Position numbers and translations under genes: made by a program
In this document: positions 1 to 13,640 of the stretch, in pieces
Layout: each line of letters starts with the position of its first letter
How positions within the stretch are numbered: the first letter of the stretch is position 1
Assembly (NCBI RefSeq): GCF_006345805.1
Contig: NC_042999.1
Span: 117,366,001-117,430,000, forward strand
DNA: 64,000 nt
Origin: Octopus sinensis
Taxonomy: Eukaryota
Direction: 5' to 3'
The notes under the pieces: generated by a model
The model's input: only the letters and a program-made list of their open reading frames with translations
Told to the model about the DNA's origin: nothing
Databases searched by the model: none

Positions 1-477
1 AATCATAGGATCTTTGCATTATCATTTTCGATGTTACCTTCGGGTTTATGTTCGTACCACTTTTTTCCTCTGCCAAGTTCATACTGGTTGCAAAGTGTCC
101 AATGGACAATTCTCGCTATGTTATCATGATGTCTCTTATGTTCTTTCTGGGCTAGTGGCGTACATTGACTGGTAATATGCGATACGGTTTCACAATTTTG
201 TCCACAAATTCTGCTCTTATCACTTTCTGATGTGTTGTGTACTCTGTATTTGATGTAATTGGTTCTTAATGCTTGCTCTTGGGCAGCACAGATTAGTCTC
301 CGTTTCCGGTTTTAAATCAGTTTTAGTAATCCATAGCCATCATTTTTCTCCGTCTGTCTTATCTTCAACATCCCTATGAAATTGTCCATGAATTCTTTTC
401 TTTATCCATCTACTTTCAATTTCATTCATTCGCATGTGCTTGTACAGTGCTTTATCTTTGCAATCTTCCATCCTACA

Positions 478-480
<3 letters not shown>
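1..480 (-). mobile_element. R4/Dong-type RLE non-LTR retrotransposon fragment (CCHC knuckle region), runs off window edge
   Basis: Minus-strand translation gives HGQFHRD...RICGQNCETVSHITSQCTPLAQKEHKRHHDNIARIVHWTLCNQY...KWYEHKPEG..ENDNAKIL; same family as 3436-3801; abuts (TTA)n. Confidence 0.85.
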
Positions 481-528
<48 letters not shown>

Positions 529-533
529 CATTA
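481..533. repeat. (TTA)n microsatellite, tail/target of flanking retroelements
   Basis: Direct reading of sequence. Confidence 0.95.
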
Positions 534-1025
534 TCGAGTGAGAGTGCAGCGCATAGCATCTAAGAGACACTGGGGTACAAATATAGGAGGCCCAATATAC
601 CCATCATGGCTACCCATCTGATAAGGGTACACCAGGTACATGCATCACAATCATATGTGCGCGACATAGGAATTTTATATCACGATAAACAGAGCATGAC
701 CTTGTAGGAGAGGTCCAGTTAAAATTTTCTTCAGCTAGAGTAGCCCATCCCACTTAAAAGATCTTTGAGTTAGGGTTGTTTAGGGATGAATGAAACACCC
801 ATGTTTCCAAAGGGGAATTATTCAAACCCGAAAGAATTCCTCTCAACACATGGCTACAATGCTCCCCCACTACTTTTGCTCGCGATGCACATATCGTCAT
901 CCACTAAGGGACATGATCAACTGGTTAAAGTCAAGCAACTGACAAACTAATCTGTGATATTGAGCAGAAGATATGTTACCAAGACAAAACATGTACATGA
1001 ATATACTTCCAATCAGTTAAGATGA
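534..1025 (-). mobile_element. ~500-bp non-coding interspersed element with (AAT)n tail (copy 1)
   Basis: Reverse complement aligns colinearly with 9290-9808; ends in ...cactcg+(ATA)n on minus strand. Confidence 0.75.
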
Positions 1026-1400
1026 GCGGGACCTATCACGAGTCCCCTTCTAGTCCACAGCTGTTGCGTCGAATGAGATTAAATCCCTGCTAGGATGATT
1101 TGGCGGGAGACAGAGGTCATGTTTGTACCAGCGCATACGACGAATAGTTATCCGGTGGAAGGTTGCGGGCTAATGCAAACATAGCTCTTTGTTGGAAATG
1201 TAATGGTACCACCTGATATTCTCGATAGTTCTCAGAGCTTTGCTATCGAAGCCGTCGATCCTTTTTGCCAGGTCTCCGAGAGAGACCACGTTTCTGCCCC
1301 ACAAAGGAAACGGCAGAGAGTCGATGCGTTGTAGATGCGGAGCTTCGTCTTCCGGGAGATAGAGCAGTGGTGCCAGAGGGGCTTTCTTATGACCCCGGCG
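1026..1400 (-). mobile_element. RTE-clade LINE 3' ORF fragment
   Basis: LWHHCSISRKTKLRIYNAS...GAETW...IDGFDSKALRTIENIRW...ISNKEL...RRMRWY, typical RTE post-RT region, with frameshifts and stops. Confidence 0.75.
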
Positions 1401-2460
1401 GTTAGAATATATAGTGAATGTTTATATGAGGCATTCCAGTAACTCTTTCCATATGCACTCGCATACACACATACATATACATAGATAAGCATATGTATGT
1501 ATGTGTGTATATTTGTAACTATGTATAAAACTATGTACGTCTTTTTGTATGTATGTATTACTTACGTATGTATGCTCGGTATGTATGTATGTGTATTTAC
1601 TGGTGTGCGTGTGCATGTAGAAGGAAGCCTTCGTTAGGAAATAATCAACTATTAAACACAAGCCTGGAAGCGATATTTCTTAAGTGAAAGGTCAGTCCAT
1701 TTTTACTCTATGTAAATCGTTGTATATTGGATATTTTTTCTCGTTTCTTTCCATTTTCTAATTATTTTGAAAAAGAGCGAAACAATCTCCTGCACCCACC
1801 TTGATAATTTAAATAAACTGTACGATCATACGCACACTTACGCTCACACACGTACACGCGCACACACATGCACACATCCACACACACACACACACACACA
1901 CAAATTAGACTCTTAGTTACGCCAACAATAAAATAATTAAAACAATAACTATTTTAGAAACTCAAATTAATGTTTTTGTTTCTTGTTTCAGTGTGAGGGC
2001 GGATAATTTTTGTTGCCATTGTTGTTGTACCTTTTTAAAAATTGTATAATTGAAATTTAGATGGTCTGTTTCCAAGTTTTACAGGAATTTAGATCAAACT
2101 TATAGTTGCTTCAAACCGTCTCTTCGACGCCAATAGATATATCGAATATTTATCAAGAACTATGTTCACTTGAATGAAATTATTTATCCATCTCGTTGTT
2201 TGTTCTTTTTCTTAACAAGCACAATCATACGGTCTTCCCTTTCTTAAAGACGGCAGAATGTGACATATAGGAAATTTAGCTGATATTTTTTATATATTGC
2301 AACCGCACGGAAGATTCGTTAATGCTTGGAATATTGATTTGCGTGTTTCTTATGGAGATGAGTCCATCAGCACCTAGTTGTATACAGTACATATTCTGAA
2401 TTCAAATCCTGCTGAAGCCAACTTTCACTTAAAACTTCCAGAGTTAGTAAAATAATTATT

Positions 2461-2605
2461 TCTACTCTAGGCACAAAGCCTTGAAAATATTTTGGGGGAA
2501 GGTGTAACTGGTACTTATTTCATCGACCCCGAAAGGATGAAAGGCAATGTTGTCCTCGGGAGAATTTTGTCGCAGAACGTAGCAGCAGACGAAATATTCA
2601 GCTGA
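2461..2605 (-). mobile_element. SINE family 2 (degenerate)
   Basis: atcgaccccgaaaggatgaaaggcaa...cagaacgtagc matches 61836-62067. Confidence 0.7.
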
Positions 2606-3149
2606 ATAAAATGACTGCTGTTGTTTGTCAATAAGGACTTCCGCCGGTGTATATTCCGTTTGTCACTGTTATTTATGACATATTTCATCTCAGTTACGTT
2701 TGTATGAATAAACGAGTGTATCTGAAGCACGTTTACTTCATGGAACCACCATAATCGTTCTTGCATTTCTGCTACTTTTAGTATTTTTTCCTGTTTTTCA
2801 GCTACTATTTTCGGAAAGACTTTTTCGCACCCCGCTACACTATATTCAAAATTGGTAAATCTAAAAGATGTCGAAGATAAATTAAATTTATTATTGTTTC
2901 TGAATATGTTAGTGTTATTTAATTTCTGAGCGGTTTTGCTGCCGTTTGTTTATATAGTACGATTCCTGTATCCATCAGTTTCTACTAAGATAGAGACGTG
3001 TATGAAATTAATAATAAAGAGACGAAAATAAAACTATGGAAACAGCAACGTCGCCATAACTTACGTGGAATCCATGAGCGTACTTTCAAGGGAGATAATC
3101 AGAGAACGATTTGAAAGTCAACGTAAGATCGTAATACTTCACGTAAAGT

Positions 3150-3312
3150 AAATATAATAAATAATCCAGAATCCTTGTTCGGTACTCGATCAATCCACAA
3201 ATCTAACAAGTTCGTGCCAGTCACGAGGCCAAACGTCCCTGAAAGTTTCATTCGAATCCATCCAACGGTTCTTGAGATATCTTGTCCACAGACAAACAAA
3301 CAAACAAACAAC
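3150..3312 (+). mobile_element. Partial Helentron-associated (DINE-1/HINE-like) element
   Basis: Aligns with 56075-56225 (aataatccagaatccttgt...gaaagtttcat.cgaatccatcca.cggttcttgaga...acaaacaaac). Confidence 0.6.
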
Positions 3313-3435
<123 letters not shown>

Positions 3436-3801
3436 TGGAACCGTATGGCATATTACCAGCCAATGTACGCCACTAGTACAGATGGAATATAAGAGACGCC
3501 ATGACAATATAGCCAGGCTTGTCCATTGGACACTTTGCAACAAGTATGGACTTGACAGAACAAAAAATTGGTATGACCACAAACCTGAAGGCATTATCAA
3601 AAATAGAAATGCAAAGATCCTATGGGATTTTATGATTCACTGCGACCATGATTGGGACTAGGAAGCCGGACATAGTCTTATTTAACAAAGAAAACAAACT
3701 ATGCTGGATCATAGACATAGCATGCCCAGTAGACAACAAGGTATGCGATAAGGAAGAAAGAAAAGTCGAGAGATATGACAGGTTAGCATGGGAAGTTAAG
3801 C
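3436..3801 (+). mobile_element. R4/Dong-type RLE fragment (end of CCHC, RHD, PD..D endonuclease)
   Basis: TVWHITSQC...KRRHDNIARLVHWTLC...KILWDF...RKPDIVLF...IIDIACP...KVERY; bounded on both sides by (AAT)n. Confidence 0.85.
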
Positions 3802-3850
3802 ATAATAATAATAATAATAATAATAAGAAGAAGAAGAAGAAGAAGAAGAA

Positions 3851-6800
3851 CACCGGGGACGTTTAAGATGTGAGAACGATAAAACAGTGCTCCGAAATCT
3901 ATCCACAAAGATCGAAAACAAAGACATCGTATGGAGCCAAAAATTTACTAACAAAGGATTGGACTATATCCGAGTAAGTAATACTCATTGAAATTTATTA
4001 CTATTTTCGAAACGAAATGATGTATTTTAACTCGATATCATCTCCACCTCTAACACAACACATGTAAACATGCGTGAGCCATTACGATCCATCAACACCA
4101 GATCATCCCCGACCCCAAACACCATGTACAAAAAAACTACGAAGAAATTAAATAACACCGATATTATTCAACCCAAGAATAACAATCGGGAAGTACGTAC
4201 TTTAAACTTACAACACAAAATGTACGAAAAACTACACGTTCAAAACAATGTGACAACAGAAATGAACGGACCGGTACCCTACGAAAATGACGACCGTCAA
4301 AATAATGGGCCGGACGTTGTTCCTCATGTCCCGCAAATAAAACCCAAAAGACATAAATAGACAAGTGAGGAATGCATTTCTATCCTACACGCTTACTTCA
4401 CAGCAGTGCTCTACCCCAAAAATGAAAACACAACAACACATACATATAAAATATGGAAGGAAAATAACATAAATATAGACTTGGATACAGCAATGAAGCC
4501 TAATAAACTAGCTAACGTACGAAGATACATTCTCAGTGCCAAAAAAATATCAGAAATAGAAATAGAACATCTAAAAGAAAAAATACACCAGGAAAATGTA
4601 GATAGAAGCCACACAACAATGCCCAATAATATAAACACTGAAACAGTAAAACACGAAGAAAAACGTAACATTCCCAACAAACAACAACAAACCCAGACCG
4701 TAAGGATGCATAATAATACACGACAAACAGCAAGCCAAAACACGGCAAACAAACATACGAACGTGAAAAAAAGTGACACAAATGTAAAACCTGGAAACAA
4801 CGAAGGGGAGCTTAATGATTATGATAATATAAAAAGTAGAATAATCAAAGACCTGAAAACCACAGAGCTCAAAATGGACCACCGACCATACCTCCCAAAA
4901 ATCAAAATAGACGAAACAACAACACCAATTATAAACAGCATAAACCTAGCCGTCACAGAACTAATAGCCACTGAAACAAAAAGCGATATCACTGAGCTAA
5001 ATGACTTAGTATAAACAGCAGCCACTGCAGCCACAAAAGAAGCTGGATACTCACTCAAACCCATCCAAACAGGAGTACCACCACCCAAAGAAACCCTGTG
5101 GATAAATAACATCCAAAACAAAATAAAAAAAATGAGAAAAGATCTGTCGATTCTTAATGAAATCAGTAGACAATCAACGCTACTGAGCAACAAAAAGAAA
5201 ACAAAAATACTCCGCAAAGACAACATCACAGAAAAAGATTTACCTGAGATAAAAGAAAAGCTAAAGCAAGATATCCTTGCCAAAGCACAAAGGATCCGCC
5301 GGTACGAGAAACGCCAGCGCTTCTTTGAACAAAACAAAAAGTTCAACTCCAACCCCAAAAAGTTCTACCAAGAACTTGGCAAAAATAAAATAGAAATCAC
5401 TGCAGCATCAACGGCAGAAGAAGTGGAAGAATTCTGGAGAGAAATATGGTCGGCGAACGAACAACCAAAAAAAAGGAGTATTAAAACAACAAACTCAGTA
5501 TCTGAGCAACTTTGGACCCCATAACAACAGAAGAGGTCACCCAGGCACTGCAAAGACTAAGTAACTGGAAGGCACCTGGGCATGACAAGATCCCCAACTT
5601 CTGGTTGAAATATCTAACAGGAATGCACAAAAAGCTGGCTGAAAACTTTAACAACATACTAGCAGAGCCAGAGACAATGCCTGAATGGCTCACGAAGGGG
5701 AAAACCATTTTAATTCCCAAATCAAATGAGACAGCAAAACCAGAACACTACAGGCCAATAACCTGTCTCCTTACAATGTACAAGGCATTTACTGCAGTGA
5801 TATCGCAAAGGTTGAACAAGCACCTGGACGAAAACAACCTGTGTCCAGAAGAGCAGAAAGGATGCCGCAAAGGCTCATATGGCTGTAAAGATCAACTAAT
5901 GATTAATAAAGCCATAACTGAAGGCAGCCACAGAAAGAAGAAAGGCCTCAGTATGGCCTGGATCGACTACAAAAAGGCGTTTGATAGCATCCCCCACACA
6001 TGGATCCTCGAAACACTAGCAATTAACAAAGTAGCACCAACAATTATAAAATTCATAGGACACTCTATGAATAAATGGAAAACAGTGCTACAGCTCCAAA
6101 CAAAAGTGGGTCTCATGAAAACCAAAGGAGTATTCCAGGGAGACACGCTCTCTCCACTCCTTTTCTGATTGGCACTGTCACCTCTATCTGATATGCTAAA
6201 TAGAACTGGATGCGGATATAAATGTTACGGCAAAACGATCAGCCACCTTTTATATATGGATGACCTAAAACTATACGCTGCAAATGACAAACAGCTGGAA
6301 ACACTATTAAAGACAGTTCATGGATTTACCAAAGAAATAGATATGAAATTTGGATTAGAAAAATGCGCCAAAGTAACCCTGAAAAGAGGAAAACTAGTTA
6401 AGAGTAGCAACATCACACTAGATAAAACCAATGAAATAAAAGAAGTAGACCAAAGCCAAACTTACTAATACTTGGGAATCCATGAACTAGATAAGACACA
6501 ACACACACAAATGAAAGAGAAAATAAAAAAAAGAATATTATAGACGTGTTAGATCAATACTAAAAACAGAGTTCAATGCTAAAAACAAGATAATAGGTAT
6601 TAACACTTTAGCTGTCCCAGTTATAAGTTACAGCTACAATATCCTTAACTGGACACGAAATGAACTGACCAAAATAGATAGGAAAACAAGAAAAATAATG
6701 ACAGGATCTTGGATGCATCACCCAAAATCTGACATAGAAAGACTATATATACAACGTATAGAAGGTGGTAGAGGCCTTATACAGCTGGAAAACTACTATA

Positions 6801-7951
6801 AAATAACCACCATAGGACTGCAAAAATATCTACTTCAGAAGGAAGGAAAACTGATACAAATAGCGGCAAAACACGAGCAAAACAAAAAACTGTTCTCAGT
6901 ATTTAAGGAAGCTGACAAATACAAACAAGAAATCATACCACCTAATAAATATGAAGAAGAAGAAGAAGAAGAAGAAGGAGAAGAAGGAGAAGAAGAAGAA
7001 GAAGAAGAAGAAGAAGAAGAAGAAGAAGAAGAAGAAGAAGAAGAAACAACAAAAACTATAAAACAAATGAAATCCAAACTAAAACCAGAGCAGCAAAGAA
7101 CCATGATTAAACGATGGCAAGAAAAACCCCTTCATGGTAAATACTGGAATAAACTAAATGCAAAAGAAATAGACAAAGAAAAATCCCAGCAATGGTTGAG
7201 AAGCTCAGGACTGAAAGCAGAGATAGAGGAATTTTTAATTGCAGCACAAGACCAAAGCCTCCCCACCAGAAATTACCAAAAACATGTAATGAAAAGAAAT
7301 ATAACAAGTAACTGCGGAATATGTGGAGATGGACAAGAAACAATAAATCATATTATCTCTGGCTGCCCAGTCCTGGCTAAGAAGGAATATATTCACAGAC
7401 ATGACAGAGTTGGAACCTACATACACTGGAAGCTATGCCAACATTATGGAATAACAACAGAAAAAAGGTGGTATAGGCACACACCAGAAAAGGTCACAGA
7501 AAATGAGAAAGCAACCATACTCTGGGATATGCCGATACACACAGATAGAGAAATTAAGGTCAACAGACCAGATATAGTTGTCAGAGATCATGAAGAAAAA
7601 AGATGCTTTCTAATTGATGTATCAATACCGGCAGATGACAACGTGTCTCTAAAAGAAATGGAGAAACTTTCAAAATACAAAGACCTGGAAATAGAGGTAA
7701 CCAGAATGTGGAATCTAAAAACAGAAACAATTCCTCTCATAATAGGTGCATTAGGCATGATAAAAAATATTCAGACAAATGCATAACAAAAACACCAGGA
7801 CTTACAAACACACTAGGCACTGCACACATCCTACGCAGAACACTTTCCATACAATAACCATCAGAGCATCACAACAAATCACAGCACATACCCAAGGCAC
7901 ACAGAGCTGCGCTCGGCAGTGAAGTGAAAGCACGCTATAAAAATAAAACTG

Positions 7952-7955
<4 letters not shown>
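3851..7955 (+). mobile_element. Near full-length R4/Dong-type RLE non-LTR retrotransposon
   Basis: Putative 5' UTR, N-terminal Myb-like region, RT, CCHC and RLE in order; 3' UTR; (AAT)n tail at 7956-8022. Confidence 0.92.
4070..7855 (+). pseudogene. Disrupted single ORF (RT + restriction-like endonuclease) of the R4/Dong element
   Basis: NWKAPGHD, YRPITCL, EEQKGC, WIDYKKAFDS, GVFQGDTLSPLLF, HLLYMDDLKLY, GGRGL, CGICGDGQETINHIISGC, HRHD, NRPDIV, KLSKY; several stops and frameshifts split it into ORFs 4070, 4406, 5132, 5512, 6169 and 6698. Confidence 0.9.
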
Positions 7956-8022
<67 letters not shown>

Positions 8023-8025
<3 letters not shown>

Positions 8026-9093
8026 GCTAGGCGCAATAAAACCCGTGCCAAAACTGCGGCCTCAGATATTCTGAATAATAAAGAAAAACCTCTCTATGGC
8101 AAATACCCAAAGAGAGCGAATAATGCAGATATCGACAAAGCCCTGACCCATCAATGGCTAATGGCCTCTGGCTTAAAATCTGAAACAGAGGGGTTTTTCA
8201 TAGCAGCTCAAGATCAATGCCTACCAACAAGAAACTACCAGGCCAACATATTAAAGATCAGAAGCAGTCCAACGTGTCGTGTATGCCAGCAACAAAATGA
8301 AACCATTGACCATGTGGTCTCCAAGTGCAGTCTTCTAGCGCCTACAGAGTATCTCAACAGACACGATAGAGCTGCACAATATATTCACAGGGTAATCTGC
8401 AAAAACCTGGATTTGCCCCATGAAAAAAACTGGTGGGAACACAAACCACCCCCAGTGCTTGAAAAGGACCACATCTCACTCCTCTGGAACTTCACCATTC
8501 AAACTGACAGAAAGATAGATGCAAATAGGCCAGACATCATATTGAAAGACTTCAGACAAAGAACATGCCTCCTCATTGATATGACTGTCCCAATCGATAT
8601 AAACGTATCTGTCAAGACCTACCAAAAACTGAGCAAATATAAAGATCTTGAAATAGAAATCAGCAAAATGTGGAAGCTGAAGACTAAAACAATACCTGTT
8701 GTCATAGGTGCCCTGGGAATGATAGCGAAAGGGACTGATTGCTACCTAACTCAGATACCAGGAAACCCCAAAATGGCAGAAATTCAAAAGATAGTGCTCA
8801 TGGGAACTGCTCATATCCTACGCAAAATACTCTCTATGTAATCCCAAGGTTTAAAACAAACTTTTTTTATTTTCTTATTTCTTTTATTTTTTTATTTTTT
8901 TATTTTTATTTTTTATTTTTTTTTATTCTTATGTATTAGACATTCACTAGTACAACGCCAAAAAAAAAAAAAACCAAATATATGGCACAGAACTTCCAAT
9001 CTGTTGTCTCTTGAGGTCTCTTGAGGTCTCTTGAGGTCTCTGTGTGAGACTTGGAGCTAACTTGTACAGACATAAAGCAAAAGTCAAACGTAG
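8023..9093 (+). mobile_element. 5'-truncated R4/Dong-type RLE element (second family)
   Basis: ORF 8161-8841: AAQDQCLPTRNY, CRVCQQQNETIDHVVSKC, NRHD, NRPDII, KLSKY, GALG; 3' UTR differs from the preceding element; (AAT)/(AAC) tail to 9253. Confidence 0.9.
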
Positions 9094-9112
9094 AATAATA
9101 ATATTAATAATG

Positions 9113-9161
<49 letters not shown>

Positions 9162-9171
9162 CAACAACAAC

Positions 9172-9253
<82 letters not shown>

Positions 9254-9255
<2 letters not shown>

Positions 9256-9808
9256 CTCTGACGCAGTATCAGACAGTGGTGGACATGGCTTCTGATCTTA
9301 ACTGATTGGAAGTGTTATCATGTACATTGTTTTCTCTTGATATAAAAGATTGGCTACAGCAAATATTCTGCTCAATATGACAGATTTGCTTGTTAGTTGT
9401 TTGACTTTAACCAGTTGATCATGTACTTTAGTGGCTGATGATATGTGCATCTCTGATCACGAGCAGAAGTAGTGGGAAAGCATCATAGCCATGTGTTAAG
9501 AGGAATTCTTTGAGGTTTGAATAATTCATCTTTGGAAACATGTGTGTTGCGTTCAACATCATTAAACAACCCTTATTCAAGGACCTTTTGAGCGGTATGG
9601 GCCACTCGACCTGAAGAAAATTGTAACTGGGCCCCACCTGCAACGTCATAAGCTGTTTATCTTGATATGAGATCATATAGCACATATATGGCTGTGACAC
9701 ATGTTGCCTTGTGTACCCTTATCAGACAGGTAGTCCTGATGGGTACACTGGGCTTCGTTTATTTTACCTCAGTATCACTTTGATAGTATGCACTACTCGC
9801 TCACTCAA
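9254..9808 (+). mobile_element. ~550-bp non-coding interspersed element with (AAT)n tail (copy 2)
   Basis: Homologous to 534-1025; flanked both sides by AAT-type repeats. Confidence 0.75.
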
Positions 9809-9825
9809 TATTAATAATGATAATA

Positions 9826-10193
9826 ACTTGGAAAAGATGGAGAAATACAGACCACTAAAAGACGAAATTGCAAGAATGTGGGTAATAAGCAGAGTAACTG
9901 TTATCCCAGTAGTTGTAGGGGCACTCGGAGCACTAACTCCCAGGTTCAAGAAATATTTAAGAGAAATTGGAATTGACATGAGGGCACAACAGGCCCCAAA
10001 ACCGCTCTTTTAGGGACAGCTAGGATTTTGAGAATGGTGCTCGGGTGCTGAATGTCTTCCATGGTAAGTTAACATCCAGTTAACAAAACTTATAGATTGC
10101 GGAATGAGACCCTGTGAGACCTATGGCAACAGGTTGCTATCTTCTCTCATAGAATCAACCAGAGCAAGTAAGACCGAGAGCTCTGAGAGGTAA
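9826..10193 (+). mobile_element. Short 3' end of another R4/Dong-type RLE element
   Basis: EKMEKYRPLKDEIARMW...VIPVVVGALG...LLGTARILRMVL, its own 3' UTR, AAT/AAC tail. Confidence 0.8.
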
Positions 10194-10798
10194 AATAATA
10201 ATGATAACAATAACTACAACAACAACTATAATTATAACGCGAGAAGTTATGCACTGCGCTGAACCTGTGATAAGAAGAAATGTAGCTTCAAAATACCCAC
10301 TTGTTTCCCTTTGAGTGGTCACCGTTTGAGCTGCAATATTGTGTATAAGTGCTCAGCCACTAACCACAACAATTTCACCAAAATATACATCAAGTTTTCA
10401 GTTAAGCGCCATTACTTAGACCATACCAGCTTTTTTTCTAACACTTAGCACAAATTTTCGAGATCACTAGCAATTCACATACCCATCTCAATGACAATGC
10501 ATGCCATATAATGTTTCCTGGTCTATCATTAATACAGAAAATTATACCAGAGAAGTAGGAGAGAATGCAATTTGTGTTGCAGACAATCTCTTGAAGTATA
10601 ACGTGAGAACAAAGACAGACTTCTAGATAAAATGAGTGATATAATTACTTTCTGCCGTATAAATTTTATAAAATATTTTTCTTCTGCTGCAAATCCTGCT
10701 CCAAAGGACCCAGATAAGTGTAAGTTTTTATTTCATATCTTAAATCTTGGGTAACCTTTTGTCGCTTCTGTTACTTCCACATATATATTACAGTTCTG

Positions 10799-11165
10799 AA
10801 GGCGTGTGGATAAGAGTTTAGGGTATTCGGCTTACAATCGAAAGGTCTTGAGATCAATTTCCGGCGACGCGTAATGTTCCTGAGCAAGACACTTTATTTC
10901 ACGTTGCTCCAGTCCACTCAGCTGACAAAAATTAGTTATACCTTTATTTCAAAGACACTTTATTTCCCGTTGCTCCAGTTCACTCAGCTGTATTTCAAAG
11001 GGCCAGCTTTATCACACTCTGTGTCGCGCTGAATCTCCCTGAGAACTACGTGAAGGGTACACGTGTTTGTGGAGTGCTCAGCCACTTGCACGTTAATTTC
11101 ACGAGCAAGTTTTTCCGTTGATCATATCAGCTGGGACCCTCGTCGTCGTAACCGATGGTATGCTG
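10799..11165 (+). mobile_element. SINE family 3 (tRNA-like head, CORE-like CCTGAGCAAGACACTT segment)
   Basis: Homologous copies at 15495-15690 and 50340-50540; internal ~50-bp tandem duplication (aagacactttattt...cactcagctg). Confidence 0.75.
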
Positions 11166-11994
11166 CTTTTCCTTATGATTTTGTAGCGATAACTTACTTT
11201 ACTGCTAAAAACGGGATACAAACGGAATCTAAGGAGCTTATTAATCTGTGAGAGAGACTATATAAATTACAGCACAAGATCATAAATTTGGTAGAACTGG
11301 CTATAACTAATTCGGCACCCGTGATCGATTAGCGCTTGATTTCTTGACTCTGGTTGGGTGTAACTGAAATATCAAAGGTACCTAAAACTCTTATTAACAA
11401 TGATTGTTTTCAAATGAAAGTTTCGTATGAGAGAGTATATAATCTATAAAATAGACCTTCACCATATACTTGGTCATCATTGTACGCATTCATAGGGAGG
11501 AAAAGTAAAGTTGTAATTGTCCGGATTTAAATTCAAGAAGTAGATGAAACGAAACCAAGCACGGAAAAGGATTTTATCAGTGTACTACTATTTGTTTGAA
11601 ATTGCCTTTAAAAATAACACTGGTTCCGTAAAAGGACTTGAAATCAAATATTTGTAGGAAAGATGTATAGTTGATGACAACAAGACATGTCTAGTACTTT
11701 GTTTCTCCTCAAAGAGAAGAAAATCAGATTTGTTTCGGATGAAATCTGAATTCAGAATAACTAAATGAATCAAACTAGTAATATCACTGATACTTATTTT
11801 TCCGAACTTTGTAGCAAGAAATTCGGAGTTAACCCCAGCAAAATTTGAACTCAGAACTTAAATGAACATGAGTAGGGAATGAAAGGAAGACAATTCTGTC
11901 CAGCTCGCGATCAATTGAGGTATTAATCAAGCTGCTAGTCTAACCACAATGACACCAATCATACGAAAACAATATATCGATCTAATTACCCTGC

Positions 11995-12215
11995 TATTCT
12001 TTCATTCTTTTATTCTTCTACTCGTTTCAGTTATCCGACTGCGGCCATGCTGGAGCCTTTAAGGCTTTAGTCGAATAAATCGATTCCAAGACTTATTCTT
12101 TGTAAGCCTAGTACTAATTCTATCGGTGTCTTTTGTTGAACCGCTATATTACGGGGGACAACATGCCAGGATCAGTTGTCAAGATAGGGCGGGGTGGGGA
12201 CTAACACAGACACAC
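11995..12215 (-). mobile_element. SINE family 1, 3' half
   Basis: gtttcagt...ctgcggccatgctggagc...ttattctttgtaagcctagtact matches 61086-61300; its 5' tip appears at ~13259-13298. Confidence 0.8.
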
Positions 12216-12230
12216 ACACATTAATACATA

Positions 12231-12323
<93 letters not shown>

Positions 12324-12327
12324 ATAA

Positions 12328-13250
12328 GTCAACTTCCTCCACAATACGAGGGAAGAAACAAAATCTCTCTGTCCTCCAAGTGCTGGCTCACAAATTTGCG
12401 AACCTCCCCAGGAGTGTCAAACAGCAACCACACCGTCGCATATTTGATGCCCCTGGAGATGAGTTTAATAGTCTGCCAACTCCCTTTCTATAGCAGTCTT
12501 TTCAAATAGGGCGATGGTGTCGAGCAAATTGGAGTAAGTCCTCAACACCACCGTCCTCTCTTCAAAGTCTTTCAACCACTGTTTGGGTGGAACAGTTTCC
12601 CACTCCAAAACATTGTCCTTGTTCTTTTCCATGTTTTTTTTAATAAAAAGTTCAAAAACAGTTCACGATAAAAATTCAAAAATAAAGAAGGAAGAAAAAG
12701 AAAGAAATCAAAAGAAAGTCACAACAAAAAGGAAGGAAGAAAAAAAGAAAAATAGTTCAATAAAAAGAAAGTCACCACAAAAAGGATAGAATAAGGAAAA
12801 AACAGTCTACAGTCCAAAAAAACAGCAAGCAAAAAATCTTCTGGCCACTAGGTACTCCAGGCCTATTTGGTTCTCCAATTTGAACTCGGAACGCCACAAC
12901 TTGGAACACAGCCTTCACAAAAATTGGTAAAAGAAGTTGTATCTTCGATGAATTCTCACAATTTTTGAAAAAAACTATTCCTTAACAGTGAACAAATTTT
13001 TGGAAGCGAGATACGCCCCCAAAACAACAATTGAGAAAGACTATTCACTCAACTGCAGGCAGAGCAGAGTCCAGAATCCAATGAGGACTTCTTGTTTGTA
13101 CAAAAATAATTGCGGCAAAAAACAAACCCCCACTGGACCCCCAGAACAAAAGTCTTACCTTATGGTTGAGCTTCTTTCACAATCAATTTTCGCTCGCTAC
13201 AAACTAGCGTGACAACTTCTATTCAGTGGTACGAACAACGCTGACAACAC
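12328..13250 (-). mobile_element. Possible 5' UTR/ORF1 remnant of an L1/Tx1-like LINE
   Basis: Minus-strand RTVVLRTYS...[22 protein letters not shown]...LFLPSYCG resembles RRM-type ORF1; lies between the two halves of a SINE. Confidence 0.35.
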
Positions 13251-13454
13251 GCATGAGCGGGAAGCAAGCTTCATACCACACAGCCACGTTTTTGCCTATA
13301 TGACTTTTTTCTTGAGACCTCCTGCTGATAAGGAAGGAACGATAAAGGCTATGAGATCTGGACTGACCACTTGAAGGAACTTAGCTAACATTTACTATGT
13401 ATTAAGTTTGCCAGCTCACCAACAACCCTGTGTTTACAGGAATTGTTCCTAATA

Positions 13455-13640
13455 TAAACACAAGGCTAGAAATTTGGAAGATGGAGTTTTGTCGATTGAA
13501 TCAACCGCAAGCACTTGAGTGGCATTTTATTTTATCGACCCTGTAAGGATGAAAGACAAAACTGATATCAGCGAGATTTGAACTCAGTGGGTAAAGAACC
13601 GTAAAATATACCGCAAGATGCACTAACAAGTCTGCAAATC
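13455..13640 (-). mobile_element. SINE family 2 (degenerate)
   Basis: ttatcgaccctgtaaggatgaaagacaaa...atttgaactcag. Confidence 0.65.

Noticed and set aside
9005-9040. Tandem ttgaggtctc x3 as a CRISPR-like array
   Set aside because: Spacerless 10-bp slippage repeat in a LINE 3' UTR; eukaryotic context
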